This document shows, piece after piece, positions 1 to 12,390 of a stretch of 52,968 nucleotides of DNA (its first letter is position 1; every line of letters starts with the position of its first letter). The stretch is from Phoronis australis (taxonomy: Eukaryota; Animalia; Phoronida). The notes under the pieces were generated by a model. That model searched no databases. It was given only the letters and a program-made list of their open reading frames with translations, and had not been told where the DNA came from. The DNA is taken from NCBI GenBank assembly GCA_002633005.1, contig NMRA01000112.1:893202-946169 (forward strand). The letters run 5' to 3'. The translations under genes were made by a program, and so were the position numbers.

Positions 1-2050
1 GAAAACACCATGAAAAATACCTCAATACTGCCGCTCCCTGGCTCTCCTCACTGACGCCAAATATGCACTGCCACAATGTGAGTAAATCGAGTCAGCGCAC
101 AACACTTATACTGAAAAGAGGGTCAGGTCATATGCAAATTACATTCAGTCCATTCAGTCATGAATATACACGTGACCATGAGCCACCCGGAGCAAACAAA
201 CGTGAAGTATCTTACACCGTGTGAGAATCAACTGTCTTCGGATTCTCTATTTTGCGACTTTTGATTCACAACCACGTTTCTTTGAAAAGCCTCATTTTGA
301 AATGAAAAAGTGGGCTTTTGTAATAAGCTTGATAAAGAACGTCTTGAATTATACCATTAGACGATAGCCTGGTGTAGGGTCCGACAGATGACTTTCAAAA
401 AAGTACTACTTTCCAAGAGGAGAATCCAGTGATCTCAACTCCAGAGGGAGAGGAAGTGGCCGACATGTCGATGGGAACGAATCCTGACGAATCCTTCAGG
501 GAAGTGGTAACAGGGACAATCAGGGCTCCGGAAGAGTGAAAAAATGCGGACATTTAGCCGTTAGCTGTATCTTCAACCATAAAAGAGACGGGACTAAAGC
601 AGTTCAAAAGATATTTATTTTCATGACTTTGAAGGTTTACCAGCAGTTGCACCACCAACAACATTCAAAACAGTGAAAATTGCAATAAACAAATTTCAGT
701 GCTATGATGTCGACATTAACAACGAAATACACCCATATTGAATGTATCTTTAGAATTCACCTGATACCCTGTTTCACCGGCTGGTTGTTAGTACTTATGA
801 ACCTTCACAGAAAATTATACAACAATACAGGTAGATTAAATTTCAGCCTAAATATGTTGTTTGGTTTGAAAATTGGATTGCTGAAAAATGAACTGGTTAA
901 TCGTGGTTCCTAAGGCCTCATTGATGATTGCATTAAAACGCACTAGGAATAATTGATTGTTACGATATCAAGTATCGGGTCATCAGGGTCTTAGTTCATA
1001 CAACACAGTGAACTTATAAATTCTCATGAAGCTCGAAATATCGTGTCGGTGACAATAAATGAAGGCCAGCGTTTTCAAATCATTAAATGTGAGTGCTACA
1101 CCCGCGTTCCACCTGAGACGCGAACTTTTCATTTAGGCATCTTAACGCCAGAAAATTGGGCTCACCTTGTTTTTACATTGGTAAAATGGGATTGCCGGGC
1201 TGGTGAAGCAGTGACCGCTCGTTATTTTTTGAGACCATGATCGACTCATAAACCCTGGAGCATGGTCTCAACAAACAACTAACTGTCAGTCCTGTCTTAG
1301 ACATGAAATTCTGTCCAACTTAGCTCACTGCTTTGTAATGGAACGAGTGTTTATATGTACATCCGCTTTAAAACGTGACCCAGCGATCACTCAATTCACT
1401 GAACGGCGTTTCCAACGCTCCTCGCAGTTCTCTCCATCTATCATTTCTGAAGCAGAAGTTCGAAAATGACTGTTGTGAGAAATCTTACCTGGGCACGCGC
1501 AAGTGCATTGCGCTGCTATTGCTCGTTTAACGAAAGGTCTGTGGCGAGTGTGGGAGCTTCATGTACGTGCTTGGGGACTTTTGCTTAATTGATGATGAAA
1601 GTGTGTACATTTGACATAAAGTTTGTTAACCAAACTGAGCATGCTTTGTGCATTTGATGCGCTGCAGGCATTAGAAAGCGCAACCAAAACTACACTTCAA
1701 ACTTTTGAGCAACAGCCTTAAAACGAGGGGGATTCCCGACAGAGAGTTGCTGGTTGATCTACACTACCATTCTGCTTCAATGGCTCACTAAAATTTGGTA
1801 GAAAAGTATGGTAAAGTTCACGATTGCATAGGCCACCATCAGGCATCAGAACGGTAGTGTTGCTGTCCTAACCACAGACATTTCGTTGAACACCCAACTA
1901 CTCTATCCTGGCCGTCAGTCAGTGCAATGACGATTGCCTGGAGTCGCCAATCAAATTCTAACACGTCACATGCACATGCTGAAACGTTTTCAGCACACGG
2001 GGTACAAAAGTAAGTGAACCGAAGCGTGTTCGATACACAGGAATACAAAC

Positions 2051-2095
2051 ATGTGTTCCGCGAAGTTCTACGTTATCTTTCTTCTTCTCCAAGTG
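2051..2095 (+). CDS. Host gene coding exon 1: signal peptide (MCSAKFYVIFLLLQV)
   Basis: CAAAC-ATG start context, 15 codons with a hydrophobic core, GTG|GTGAGT donor in phase 0. Joined to 5426 it gives MCSAKFYVIFLLLQVNCCHG|TQ, a plausible signal-peptidase site. Confidence 0.8.
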
Positions 2096-3288
2096 GTGAG
2101 TATTACAATGTTTGTTGGTGACTTTCCACCCGTGTCCAGGACCAGTTCGTTATACACGTATTACTGATACATGTATTTTCCTTCATAACAAAAGAGGACT
2201 TCAGTGAAGCAATTCATTCTTTATCAGGGTACACATGTCCCTAACTCCCTTTGTTTTTGTTTCATTCCCAGAACTTTTATGTTCACTAATGTTACTACAT
2301 GTACGTCTTATTGAGCCTTCTTTGAACAAAGTCTGTACAGAGGGTTACGAACCTTTGTAAGTGTTGGCGAAATTACAGGTTTACAAACCATGTGTAAAGT
2401 CTACCGTTCAGGAAATTCTTAAAATGCCGTCACAGTCACAGATTTATGGTATTTGCTAACTGATACAATATTTGAATACAAGTTCTATCTACAGTACCTA
2501 TCCATATACTGAATTCCAATCAGAAGATAGTTGGGGCTTAAAACATCATCATGCTCACCCAAACTTGAGTTATTGACGAATGAGCCAATGTCTCTTATTA
2601 CAAGCAATAACTACATGCACTATTTTCAAATTGATAATTTTAGAGTTCGCCATCCCCAATCAACGTTATACACTGTAGCCTTTTCCTCAGTCGCTGATTT
2701 ATTGACTGTTCTCGTTGGTAACTGGAATAATAAAGTCGCCCCCTTGCTGCACAATTTCAATTCGTCAACAACACTAAGATACTTACAGTATCAATGCAAA
2801 CCACTATCACTTTTCTTAATGACACAAGTTCCTGTTCTTGACAAACTGTATCTAAAGCTAACAATAGTCTTTACAGTCTAACTGGTGGGTCAGCACAATC
2901 GCCCATATGATCGACACATAAATTACCTTCACATCGGTTCTTTACATGTACATGTAGATTGGGGGCTAAGTAAAATAGAAGTGGCATGCGTCCCTGCAAT
3001 TAATGAGGAGTTCTATCAAATGCTTTTAGAAAAATCAATGCAAGTACAATAAAAGTGATGGCATTTTAAGATACATATTAATATTCTGAACCCTGAAGTA
3101 AATGCCTTTATAGAAATATCAGAATTGTTTTGTATCGTCTATAACCTCTAAGTTGTGTTTATAAGTCTGTACAAGTTGCGATATTTTCTTTTGACACAAG
3201 TTGTATTAATTATTCCACCAAGGGGGTTGCGATTTTAAATCTTCCGTTTTTAGATTGAACTCCGACTAGTTTCTGAGACCACATCTCG

Positions 3289-4828
3289 CCCGGGTGAGAA
3301 TTTGACACGTTTGACACGCTCTAAAAACGTGGAGTATTGGAACGACCTAAAAACGTGTCGAACGTGTAAAACGTGGCGTGTTAAACGTGTAAAATGTAGC
3401 GTGTCAAACGTGTCAAGAACGTGTCAAAAACGTGTAATTTTCGTTCCAATACTCCACGCGTGTCAAACGTGGCGATAAACGTGTAAAACGTGGCGATAGC
3501 GTGTCGAACGTGGTGTGCCAAAACGTGGCAAAACTTGGCACTTTTGACACGCTAGCGTGTCGAACGTGGCAATAAGCGTGTAAAACGTGGTGATAGCGTG
3601 TCGAATGTGGGTTGCCAAAACGTGGCAAAAACATGGCACTTTTGACACCCTAGCGTGTCAAACGTGGCGCTTTTGACACGCTAGCCTGTAATCTGTGTCA
3701 TTGCCATGGTAGCGACCCTACATGTAGCCTGAGGCCGTGTACAAGCCATAATGTTCTTGTTTATAGCAGCTCACCATCCACCATGAGAATCCATACTGAA
3801 AGCAAATGTATAAAGGGATTTCTTCTTTAGTCACTGTTTATAGTTACTGTTGATGTAAATAATCCAAAATGTGCTAATGATATAGAATCATTAAATGGAT
3901 AATGTAACTATCCAACTCTTACCACATACTGTTGTCACTAAATTTCATTACATCTAGAATAAAATTAACACAGAAATAAGAAAATGGTTCAACATACAAG
4001 TTTGAAGTGCTTAAGCTGCTATATATATGCATATAAGTCTAAGCTTTTGAGACAGGCCAGTTGCTTGAAGACAGTTTATGAAGTAAAGAACAGACGCACT
4101 TTGTAACATCTTTGAATTACCAAGAGAGATTCAACATTTATCATAGCATTGAGTTCATGTTGATTTTGCAGCTCAAACCTCTACACACAATGTCTTATCC
4201 TCATTCAAGCTGACACAAAATGTGAGTTGATCTAATAATAACAATTATGAATTGATATACTTCTGAAGATGAGAGGCGTTCCAACTTCATATATTAACTG
4301 CATAGTCAACAGTTTCTACTGACTCTTGTTTTCTGTTACAATCAAACTTTCCTGTAAAAAGAAGGACCATTTGCAAGAAAAGTTTATCAAGCTACTGTCA
4401 ATCAGAGTATACACATACTAAACTTCTGTTAGAGCTGCACCACACTCGAAAACCACACTTCATAAGTGCTCTCCTGACACGACTGCACTCTCTGACAGCT
4501 AAACCAACTCTAACTCAGTATTTGGATATTTGAATAGGCAGTGAAAACTTTTGTGGCAAACTCTTTGATGTTATTAAGGGAACATGTTTAATCATTCAAA
4601 TTGGGTGATTACCTCCTAGTGGCCTTTTCAGAACTGCCAAGCCTATTTAAATTGTATCTTTATTGAAGAGTTCTATCATATTTTACACGTTTGACACGCT
4701 AGCGTGTCATGTTTTTACACGTTTTACACGTTAACGTGGCAATTTTGCACGTATTACACGTTTTTTTACACGTTTGACACGTTTGACACGCTCAAAAGCG
4801 TGTCAAACGTGTAAAATTCTCACCCGGG
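3289..4828. mobile_element. Non-autonomous DNA transposon, CMC/EnSpm-like, with dense subterminal ACACGT/AAACGTG repeats
   Basis: About 30-bp TIR CCCGGGTGAGAATTT(G/T)ACACGTTTGACACGCT at both ends. Repeat arrays at 3300-3690 and 4680-4815. Flanks CG/TG are compatible with a deaminated 2-bp TSD. The superfamily is an inference. Confidence 0.75.
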
Positions 4829-5425
4829 TGATGCTGGGCATTTGAGCAAATTAGGTACTTTTTATACTGCTTCGTCTAACGATTTGTTTAAATTAATAAA
4901 GGCATGTGTCAGGAAAATCACGTAAACAGTAAAAATGCAAGCATTTTCCTATAAGCAGGGATATTGTCAGCCGACCATACTATTTCCTCATGTGAGTTAA
5001 CACTTGACCAAGATTCATTCGGGTACCTGAGATCAAAGAAGCATCAAGAGAAAGCTAATCAGACACATAAAATTTATCCACCTTAAACTTAATATTTTAT
5101 GTTTGTAGAAATCTGTTCGTAATACTTGTACATCCTTCCCCCAACAGTTAGTTTGTCAATAACAAACTTAAACAAATCGTTATTAATTATTCGTCGTTAT
5201 TTAGATTAACGCGCCGACCTATTGAAATACATCATTGAGAATAAACTACAATTTACTACGCACACTGTACATGTAACTGAAACGAAGCGAAAATGTTTGT
5301 CATTTAAAAATCTTTGTTGCAATGTTAACCTTGTACATGTATATCTCAACCCAGGTCCTCTACGACTTTTTTCTCGGTCAAATAAATACGTATCTTAATT
5401 CTTTTTAATAAAATAGAAATTTCAG

Positions 5426-5589
5426 AATTGTTGTCATGGAACCCAAATCGGTAAAAAGAAGTCATTGGGTGTGGAAGGGACATTCTACAACCTCGAGTCT
5501 AAGCACCCCGGAGTGTACCGGTTTGCTGCACACATAACTGCCAACGTGAACGACGTGACCACTCCGTCAGCACTGATTCTTAAGTGCGG
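5426..5589 (+). CDS. Host gene exon 2: first half of a divergent C1q/TNF-like region
   Basis: TTTCAG acceptor, GG|GTAAAT donor, 164 nt, phase 0 to 2, open frame NCCHGTQIGKKKSLGVEGTFYNLESKHPGVYRFAAHITANVNDVTTPSALILKCG. PGVYRFAAHI resembles the C1q PGVYYFxYH strand. Confidence 0.75.
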
Positions 5590-6389
5590 GTAAATATGTC
5601 GTCAAATCTTTGCCAAACTGTCTGTCCAAATTTTTGTGTGCCCTTCAAAACATGTACATGCGTATGCTTTGAAACGGTTTTCTTTTTAACATTTATTCTT
5701 TAGGTGAATAAATTCAAATTGACAAAAAATCGCCACTCGCACATTTACAATACAGCATTTATTACTGACAGGCATACATTGTATGTACTGTACTGTACTG
5801 TACAAGGTGCTAAATCAACAGCAAACTCCCCGTCATGGTGGCCTTACACCTTGGATTTCCACTGAGTTGCATACAGCTGACTTAGTCGTGACACAAGTTA
5901 TTGTGATCACGCGCTTTGCTGGTAATACTGGCGATATCTCGAGATTTGCTTGATCTTGCGTTTCCGCGAAATTTCCGTGTCCACGGAACGCAGCCTAGTC
6001 TACTACAAATGTGTGTTAGGATATATTTTACGTAATTTAGCGTATTTCGTAACGTAAATGTACTATTTTGTGTGCAGTGTGAAAAACATTGTATTTGTCA
6101 GCGTTCCTGGACTTTTAAATGCAACATTTCCATATTGGTTATTGCTTGCAATCATTTCTTCGAACGCAATAAATCACCGATATTTGGGACGACTTCGACA
6201 GAAATCGGATGTTGTTAATTTCAAAAGTATTTTTTGTCGGAAAGCGGCTTTATAGCCTCTTTAAACTAAAGCACTTTGTTGTATGAAACGGAGTCTACCA
6301 AGATAACATGTATACATGATACATTTATCACCTTGCCGAAACAACATTCAATAAAGTTTGAACTCATTAACTCTCATGTTGACTTTCAG

Positions 6390-6634
6390 ACTTAATGTGA
6401 ATATAAAAACGGAACCGTCAGGATTCAAGCACGCAGAAATCATTTCGAAGAAGTATGATGTAGGCGCGGGAGACGAAATTCGCCACATATTCATCTTCTC
6501 TATGGCCAACGAATATCAGGAATTTGTTAGAAAAATCAAGTGCACGAGTCAACTGAAGACGACCGACACCATGGGACTCTCTGTTGAAACTATAGATCTG
6601 GCCGATCAACAGTTTGTTGGATTGAAACAGACAA
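6390..6634 (+). CDS. Host gene exon 3: second half of the C1q/TNF-like region
   Basis: TTTCAG acceptor, A|GTAAGG donor, 245 nt, phase 2 to 1, inside ORF 6358-6684. VGAGDEIRHIF resembles the LxxGDxV motif of C1q/TNF jelly-rolls. Confidence 0.75.
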
Positions 6635-7098
6635 GTAAGGGGTCGACTTATAATCTGAAATCACCGCTTTTTGTTCTGTCATAAACTTCCTGTCATTTAA
6701 TGTAAAGGTGTTTTAATGATTTGTGATTTGAACATTTACTCACTTACTTGCTATAAAGATTACAAAGATTTTTTAAAACGCAAACTTGGCAATACTGTAC
6801 CTTCTACTCACTTTATGCGGAATGAGTTCACTTTTCGACGAGTGCAATAAACGTTTGAGTGTAATGGAGAAGAGGTCTATGAAAGAAGATAAATCACCAG
6901 TTCGAAATTTCATCATTCCGCAAAGTAAATAAAACCCCTGTCTTGTTGGATGCAAATATACTGTTTGAAATGCCTCATGAAGATATTCAACAAGTGATCA
7001 TTTGGTTTATAAAATCTATTGAGGTCACTCGAGTAAAATCAGTTTTCTGTCTTCAAAAAGATGACGTGACCCCTTTCTTTTTCTTCATTTTCGTCTAG

Positions 7099-7137
7099 AT
7101 TCCAAGGTGACCCCAGTGATTCCGCTTGCAACGAAGA
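7099..7137 (+). CDS. Host gene micro-exon copy 1 (NSKVTPVIPLATK)
   Basis: Long pyrimidine tract plus TAG acceptor, A|GTGAGT donor, 39 nt, symmetric phase 1-1. Confidence 0.75.
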
Positions 7138-7609
7138 GTGAGTTATTTTTAGATATATATGCGCTCACGAAATTGCATTCTAAGCACAGAGAAGTGATTT
7201 CTTGTGATGGTGTAATAGAGAGATTGCCCAGATGTATTAGTTTATTGGAACAAGCAGGTGTTTGAACTACCATGGATTGTCCATGGTAGAGCAGTAGGAA
7301 GCCGTCATGTCTCCATCTCTGGCGTTGGAGAGACAGTGACTCCGTTCCTTCTCATTTATCTATTTCAGAAATAATGATTTTTTGTAAAGAAATCTTTTAG
7401 TTACGGACGATGGTGCATATCACTTATAAGTACGAGTCTTGATGTTACTCTTTCCTTTGCATTCAAAATTTCGTAACCTTGGTTTCTGTTTCTGTTTCTG
7501 TTTCTGTTATTTCACTATTGGTTTTAAGTACTTTTGAAAAGTTGGCGGGATTTCCGTGGAATTTCATTGCATAGAGTCGCATTTGAGTGAGTACCCATCT
7601 TTAATCCGA

Positions 7610-7682
7610 GGCACTTACTACAGAGGACATTTTAGGTGATGGTAAAGCACTTACTACAGAGGACATTTTAGGTGATGGTAAA
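7610..7682 (+). repeat. Perfect 36-bp tandem duplication
   Basis: GCACTTACTACAGAGGACATTTTAGGTGATGGTAAA occurs twice. The paralogous unit 2 has a single copy near 9160. Confidence 0.9.
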
Positions 7683-8649
7683 CCACCAAACGGAAAAGCT
7701 AACTAAAATCCATCCTAAATAGAATTAAATTTGCAAATATTTGTTTAGAGTTGTGCTGAATGAGCAGTATTCGAGTGAACTAGCATTGCTCACTTTAAGT
7801 TTTTGAGTAAAGTGAGCGGAATGTGTGTCTTTAAAGAGGCAACAAATTCGTGTTAAGTACAGGGAGCTAAATTTAGATTTAGACCTCCTACTAATATAAA
7901 GTTGGCCCTTACTTTGATGAGAAGTAAATTATGTGTTTAAATAGAACTTAAAGCAGCTTGTTATGTTGTAAGACCTTGGTTCAGCGCCTTAACGGCCCGC
8001 CGTGACAATTAGTTAATTTGCAGTTTCCGTTCTTAAGTAATAACAAACGTTAAAATCATTCCAAGCGGGACAAATCAACAATTATTTTGACTGATGAATT
8101 ATTTAATCTGAATTCGTTAAAGGTGGTAAAGTAAACGTATGTCCGTAGTTTGTGAAGGTTGGCGAGTTTGTAACCGTTTTAATCTGACGACGAATTCAAC
8201 CTCCACTCAGCCGCCATAGTGAATTTAGAGTCACTTTGTCCCAATACTTTTGACTCCCACTGTATATCTATGATTGAGGGCGTCATAACAGTTGATATAA
8301 AAGCGCTGTAGTGATTTGTGATTTTGACATAACTGATTAATTTGCTACATAGAGAACGCACGTGAAATTGGTAATACCTGATACTGCATTTGATGAGGAG
8401 TGGATTCCCTTGGTGGTGCGTTCAAGTGCATAAAACTGCTTGGAGCTAAATGGGGCACTGACCAGTTCGAAAATTCTGCATTTCCATCAAATAAATCGAA
8501 CTTTTATCTTGTTGGTTTACAAGTGTCATATTCAGATTGCCCAATGCAGTTGTCAGTCGGTGATTATTTGGTTTATAAAGTCTACTGAGGTTACTCAAAG
8601 TCGGTCGTAGAGTGACGTGCCTCCATCTTTCTTCTTCAGTTTCTTCTAA

Positions 8650-8688
8650 ATTCCAATGTGACTCCAGTAGTTCCGGTTGAAACGAAGA
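8650..8688 (+). pseudogene. Micro-exon copy 2 (NSNVTPVVPVETK) with mutated acceptor, probably skipped
   Basis: Paralogous to 7099-7137 and 10384-10422. Donor GTGAGC is retained, but the acceptor reads TAA instead of TAG. The nearest upstream AG (8638-8639) shifts the frame into a stop. Confidence 0.65.
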
Positions 8689-10383
8689 GTGAGCTATTCT
8701 TAATTGTGCATGCGAACTTGATATCATTTATACTTGTCTAAGCTCAGAGAAGAGATTTCTTGTGATGATGCAATAGAAAACAAAACCAGTGGAGAATTCC
8801 CAGACGTATTGGTTCTATGGGAAAATTCATGTGTCTGAATTACAATGGGTTATCCACGGTTGAGCCGTTGGAAGAGGACGTTTCTCCTTCCTTGACGTTA
8901 TGGAGATAGTGTCTCCGCCACTACTTATGAAACTTCTTCAGAAAACTGAATTATTTTGTAAAAAACTTTTACTTACAGCCGTTGATGTCTATCATTTACG
9001 AGTACGAGTCCTGACGTAACTTGGTCCTTTGCACTCGACATGTCGTATCTTTGTCTTATTTTACTATTATTTACAACACTTTATAAGTGGGCGGAATTTC
9101 AGTAAAAACTTTTTTGTATGGGGCGGCAGTTGAGTGAGTACCCATGATTCAAACGTGTCACTTACTACGGAGGCCATTTTAAGTGATGGAATACCACCAA
9201 CAAACTCATAATAAATTCAGTTAAATTTGAAAATATTTGTTTGTAGTTCTGTTTAATGAGCATTATTTTGACATAAGTTTCTACTGAACTAACAAGAATT
9301 GCATTCTCCTTATGAAGTTTTCAACTAAAATGAGGCGGAAAGGGTATCTTTAAACCTTTAAAAAATTCACGTTGCGTCAAAGAAACTTAATTTCGATTTA
9401 GACCACTTAACATTGGAACCTATTTAAATGAGAGCTAATTTCTGAGTTTTCGAAGAATTTTATGCTGAAAATCATGTTCAGCACATAAACGGACACACCG
9501 TGACTGGACAACTTGCCAAGTCCGATCTCAGATAATAACAGACGTCATTCCAAGAAAAAACGTCAACTATTATTTTGACTGAGGAGTTTTTAGAGAGTAA
9601 TTTCATCAAAGATAGTGAATATTCGTAAATTTTCAGTTGATGATCGCTTTAAATTTGGTGTTTTCGTGTGTTTTTATTCAGTCTTAATAGTTTCATACGA
9701 TTGTTAAACTGAGTTGACGATATAATCTACAATAGGTATAGGTTCCACTCATTTTCGTGACACGACAGCAAACTCAATGCACAGCTATAATGACTGCTAA
9801 TTACTATTGTGGCCTAGCGACCTCACTAACTTCCCTGTAAATTTCCATTCATTTTGGGTCATGGGGGAAGTCTACTTTGGTGACGAATTCGACTTCCCGC
9901 CATTTTGTCTGAAATCTTTGGCGTTTACTGTACATGTATATGTACATGTACATGTACATGTACATGTATGATTGATTGCTTCTCTTCATTTATGTAAATG
10001 TGCTATAATTACATGTATCTAACTCGCTATAGTGAAATCACACATTTTTCAAAATCTGCAGTAGGTAATACCTGCTAATACAATTGATAAGGGATGGGTT
10101 TAGTCTGCGGTGCGTGCAAGTAAAGGCTTGGAACTGATTCAAGAACATGATCGTGGAATTACAAAAGTCATTTGTTCGAAAATTCATCATTCCTTAATGT
10201 TCGTCAAACTGCTCTCCTGCTGGTTGGTAAAAGAGATCTTTTAAATGCTTCATGCAAATTGTCAACAATTGGTTATTTTGTTGACACAATCTACTAAGAT
10301 TTCTCACCCTAAATCGATTTTATCGTCATATAGAGGATCTTAGAGTGACGTGACTCACATTTATTTCTCTTCCTTTCTTTTAG

Positions 10384-10422
10384 ATTCCGATGTGACACCA
10401 GTGGTCTCAGTTTCAACGAAGA
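10384..10422 (+). CDS. Host gene micro-exon copy 3 (NSDVTPVVSVSTK)
   Basis: Pyrimidine tract plus TAG acceptor, A|GTGAGT donor, 39 nt, phase 1-1. Confidence 0.75.
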
Positions 10423-11010
10423 GTGAGTTATTCTTAATTTCGCATGCGAACATGAAAACGTTTAAACTTGTCTAAGCTCTAAGAAGATATTTCATGGGAC
10501 GATGGGACAGAAGACGAAAACAGTGGATATTTCCCAGATGTATTATGGTTCTGTGGGCGCATGTATGCGCCTGAACTACGATGGGTTCCCTAGGACTGTC
10601 CAGTGGGAGATGGGCGTTTTTCCGTCAATGACTTTGGGAAGGGAGTGGCATCTTTATTATGACTTAATGTAAATATATTTTTACTTTACAGGCGCTGGTG
10701 GCTATCCTGTACTAGGAACCTTAAAGCTACTGTTTCCTTGCATACAACAATTCCTAAATAACTGTTGTAGAACATTCGAGACAATAGCTCTTCATTTACT
10801 CCTGATAATTGTAATCAAACCTAAACATTTACTTATTTTATGTTGATGAAGCAACCATGACCCCAATAGTTGCTTTAGACATGCATGTCTTCCTGATTTG
10901 CACAATTCTCCTGAAAACTCGAAAAAAAATAACAGAATAGTATTACCTCCGGCCTTGCTACTAAACGTGAAGTTTACAACTTCTGCAATGATAATTGCGT
11001 GTTTTCGTAG

Positions 11011-11185
11011 GACAAGTGATTAAAGGGACGTTAGAGATAACTGGCAATATGGACTGGACGGAGGAAATGAAAGATCGAAACTCAGATGCTTTTAAGAACG
11101 CCAGCGAAGCGATCAAGAATAACGTGAAAAAGTCTGTTGAGAACGAAAACACGAAATCATTGGAAGTAGAAGTAACCAAATTAAG
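11011..11185 (+). CDS. Host gene exon: SEA domain, N-terminal part
   Basis: TTTTCGTAG acceptor, AG|GTATT donor, 175 nt, phase 1 to 2. IKGTLEITGNMDWTEEMKDRNSDAFK fits the SEA pattern (beta strand, W/FxxxLxDxxSxxF). Confidence 0.88.
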
Positions 11186-11446
11186 GTATTAAAATAGCGT
11201 ACGCCTAGTATAGACTTGAAAACTCGGTTCTAAGGAAGATTTAGAATGAAGGCGTGTTTTTCCTCCATGCTCACTCTTCAAATCAGAAGGCATTTAGACA
11301 CACTGATAAGAGGCTTCGTGGTGGCAAAAGCTGTTCTGGACATCTTTCCATGTCCAGTCAATTCTTTGGTTCCATTTTGAAGAAAACATCACATCACATC
11401 ACAAGCAAAAGCTTAATTGACATCGTTTGTTAGACCGAACTACATA

Positions 11447-11879
11447 CTGGGTTTTTCCGTAGATAAGCCTGTGGACGAGTATCCGAAAGTGAAAAATTTC
11501 GGACGCGTTGGTAACACCAAATAAACACTCCTGCGTTTAATCGAAAAGGAGGACGTGTAAACGGAAAGTCAAAGGCTTCATGACTTTGACATTTCACTTA
11601 AAAGTGTGTTTTTAAATTTTATGTTAATAAACGCATAGTTCTCCAGCTCTGCGTTTGTTTAATACATGTATATGGTAAATACACCACAAAACTGAATTTG
11701 TTGCTAAAAGTTGACACTTAGTGGGCTTTTAAAAGGAAATTTTCCAAATAAATGCCACACTATCTGAGGACTTGACACCAGAAAGTGTTACACCAAATAA
11801 ACACCTTTGTTCGGTATAATTTTCCGAATAAACGCCCATGGGCATTTGATCGGGTGAGCTTATCTACAGAACACCCCGG
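11447..11879. mobile_element. Tc1/mariner-pogo type MITE
   Basis: TA flanks. TIRs CTGGGTTTTTCCGTAGATAAGC and GCTTATCTACAGAACACCCCGG. Internal AATAAAC(A/G)C repeats. Confidence 0.7.
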
Positions 11880-12220
11880 TATGCGATAGTTTGTGGTGTC
11901 CATATTTTCAAAGGAAAATCAACACTTCAAGTGAGTCGGGATTCATTTCTTCTAGCATCACGTGATGCCAAATATAATGGGTCGGTATCCCTCAGGGTCC
12001 AGTTGTTTTTTATCCACCATCATCTAATCCAAACCTGTTACGCGCCGATTTTAAAGAGAGTCGGACGCAGACCGGATCCACCTATCATCGCACAGCTGAA
12101 GCGCAAAGCAATTATGCATTCCCCCTCAAACATTTATTCGGCAATGAGTAAAAGACGTAAAGGGAGATGTGGCAATAATTAAAAACCAAGTGATCGTTTA
12201 TTTTGTTTTTCTTTCTCCAG

Positions 12221-12390
12221 TAAAGGATCTGTGGTGGCAGATTTTTACGTCAAGGTGAAACCGAAGGATGACGTTGAAGAAGGAGCCGCTCTGGCAGAAG
12301 TCAAAGTGGCACTTTGGTCCACCATAGAAACTGGACAAGTTGGCGAATTGGTTGTTTCTAGGTTCAATTCGTCTCTCAGGTTGCATGATG
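12221..12390 (+). CDS. Host gene exon: SEA domain, C-terminal part with G/SVV motif
   Basis: Strong pyrimidine tract plus CAG, G|GTATGT donor, 170 nt, phase 2 to 1. The splice junction reads VTKLSKGSVVADFYV. Confidence 0.88.

Larger units (their letters stand above)
6788..10780 (+). repeat. Diverged tandem triplication (units about 6788-8369, 8370-10063, 10064-10780 partial), each carrying a micro-exon
   Basis: Shared blocks in the same order, e.g. GGTAATACCTG, GTTCGAAA, GACGTG, micro-exon, TCTAAGC-C-AG, CCCAGA-GTATT, TTCCTT-GCA. Unit boundaries are approximate. Confidence 0.85.

Noticed and set aside
378-690. Purine-rich open frame (…EENPVISTPEGEEVADMSMG…RAPEE*) followed by AATAAA, possibly the last exon of an upstream gene
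   Set aside because: No convincing splice acceptor or recognisable domain, and the upstream context is outside the window.
3300-3690. Repeat array that superficially resembles a CRISPR array, and ORFs 3413-3634 and 3463-3648
   Set aside because: No constant repeat with unique spacers, no cas genes, and a eukaryotic context. These are transposon subterminal repeats and the ORFs are by-products.
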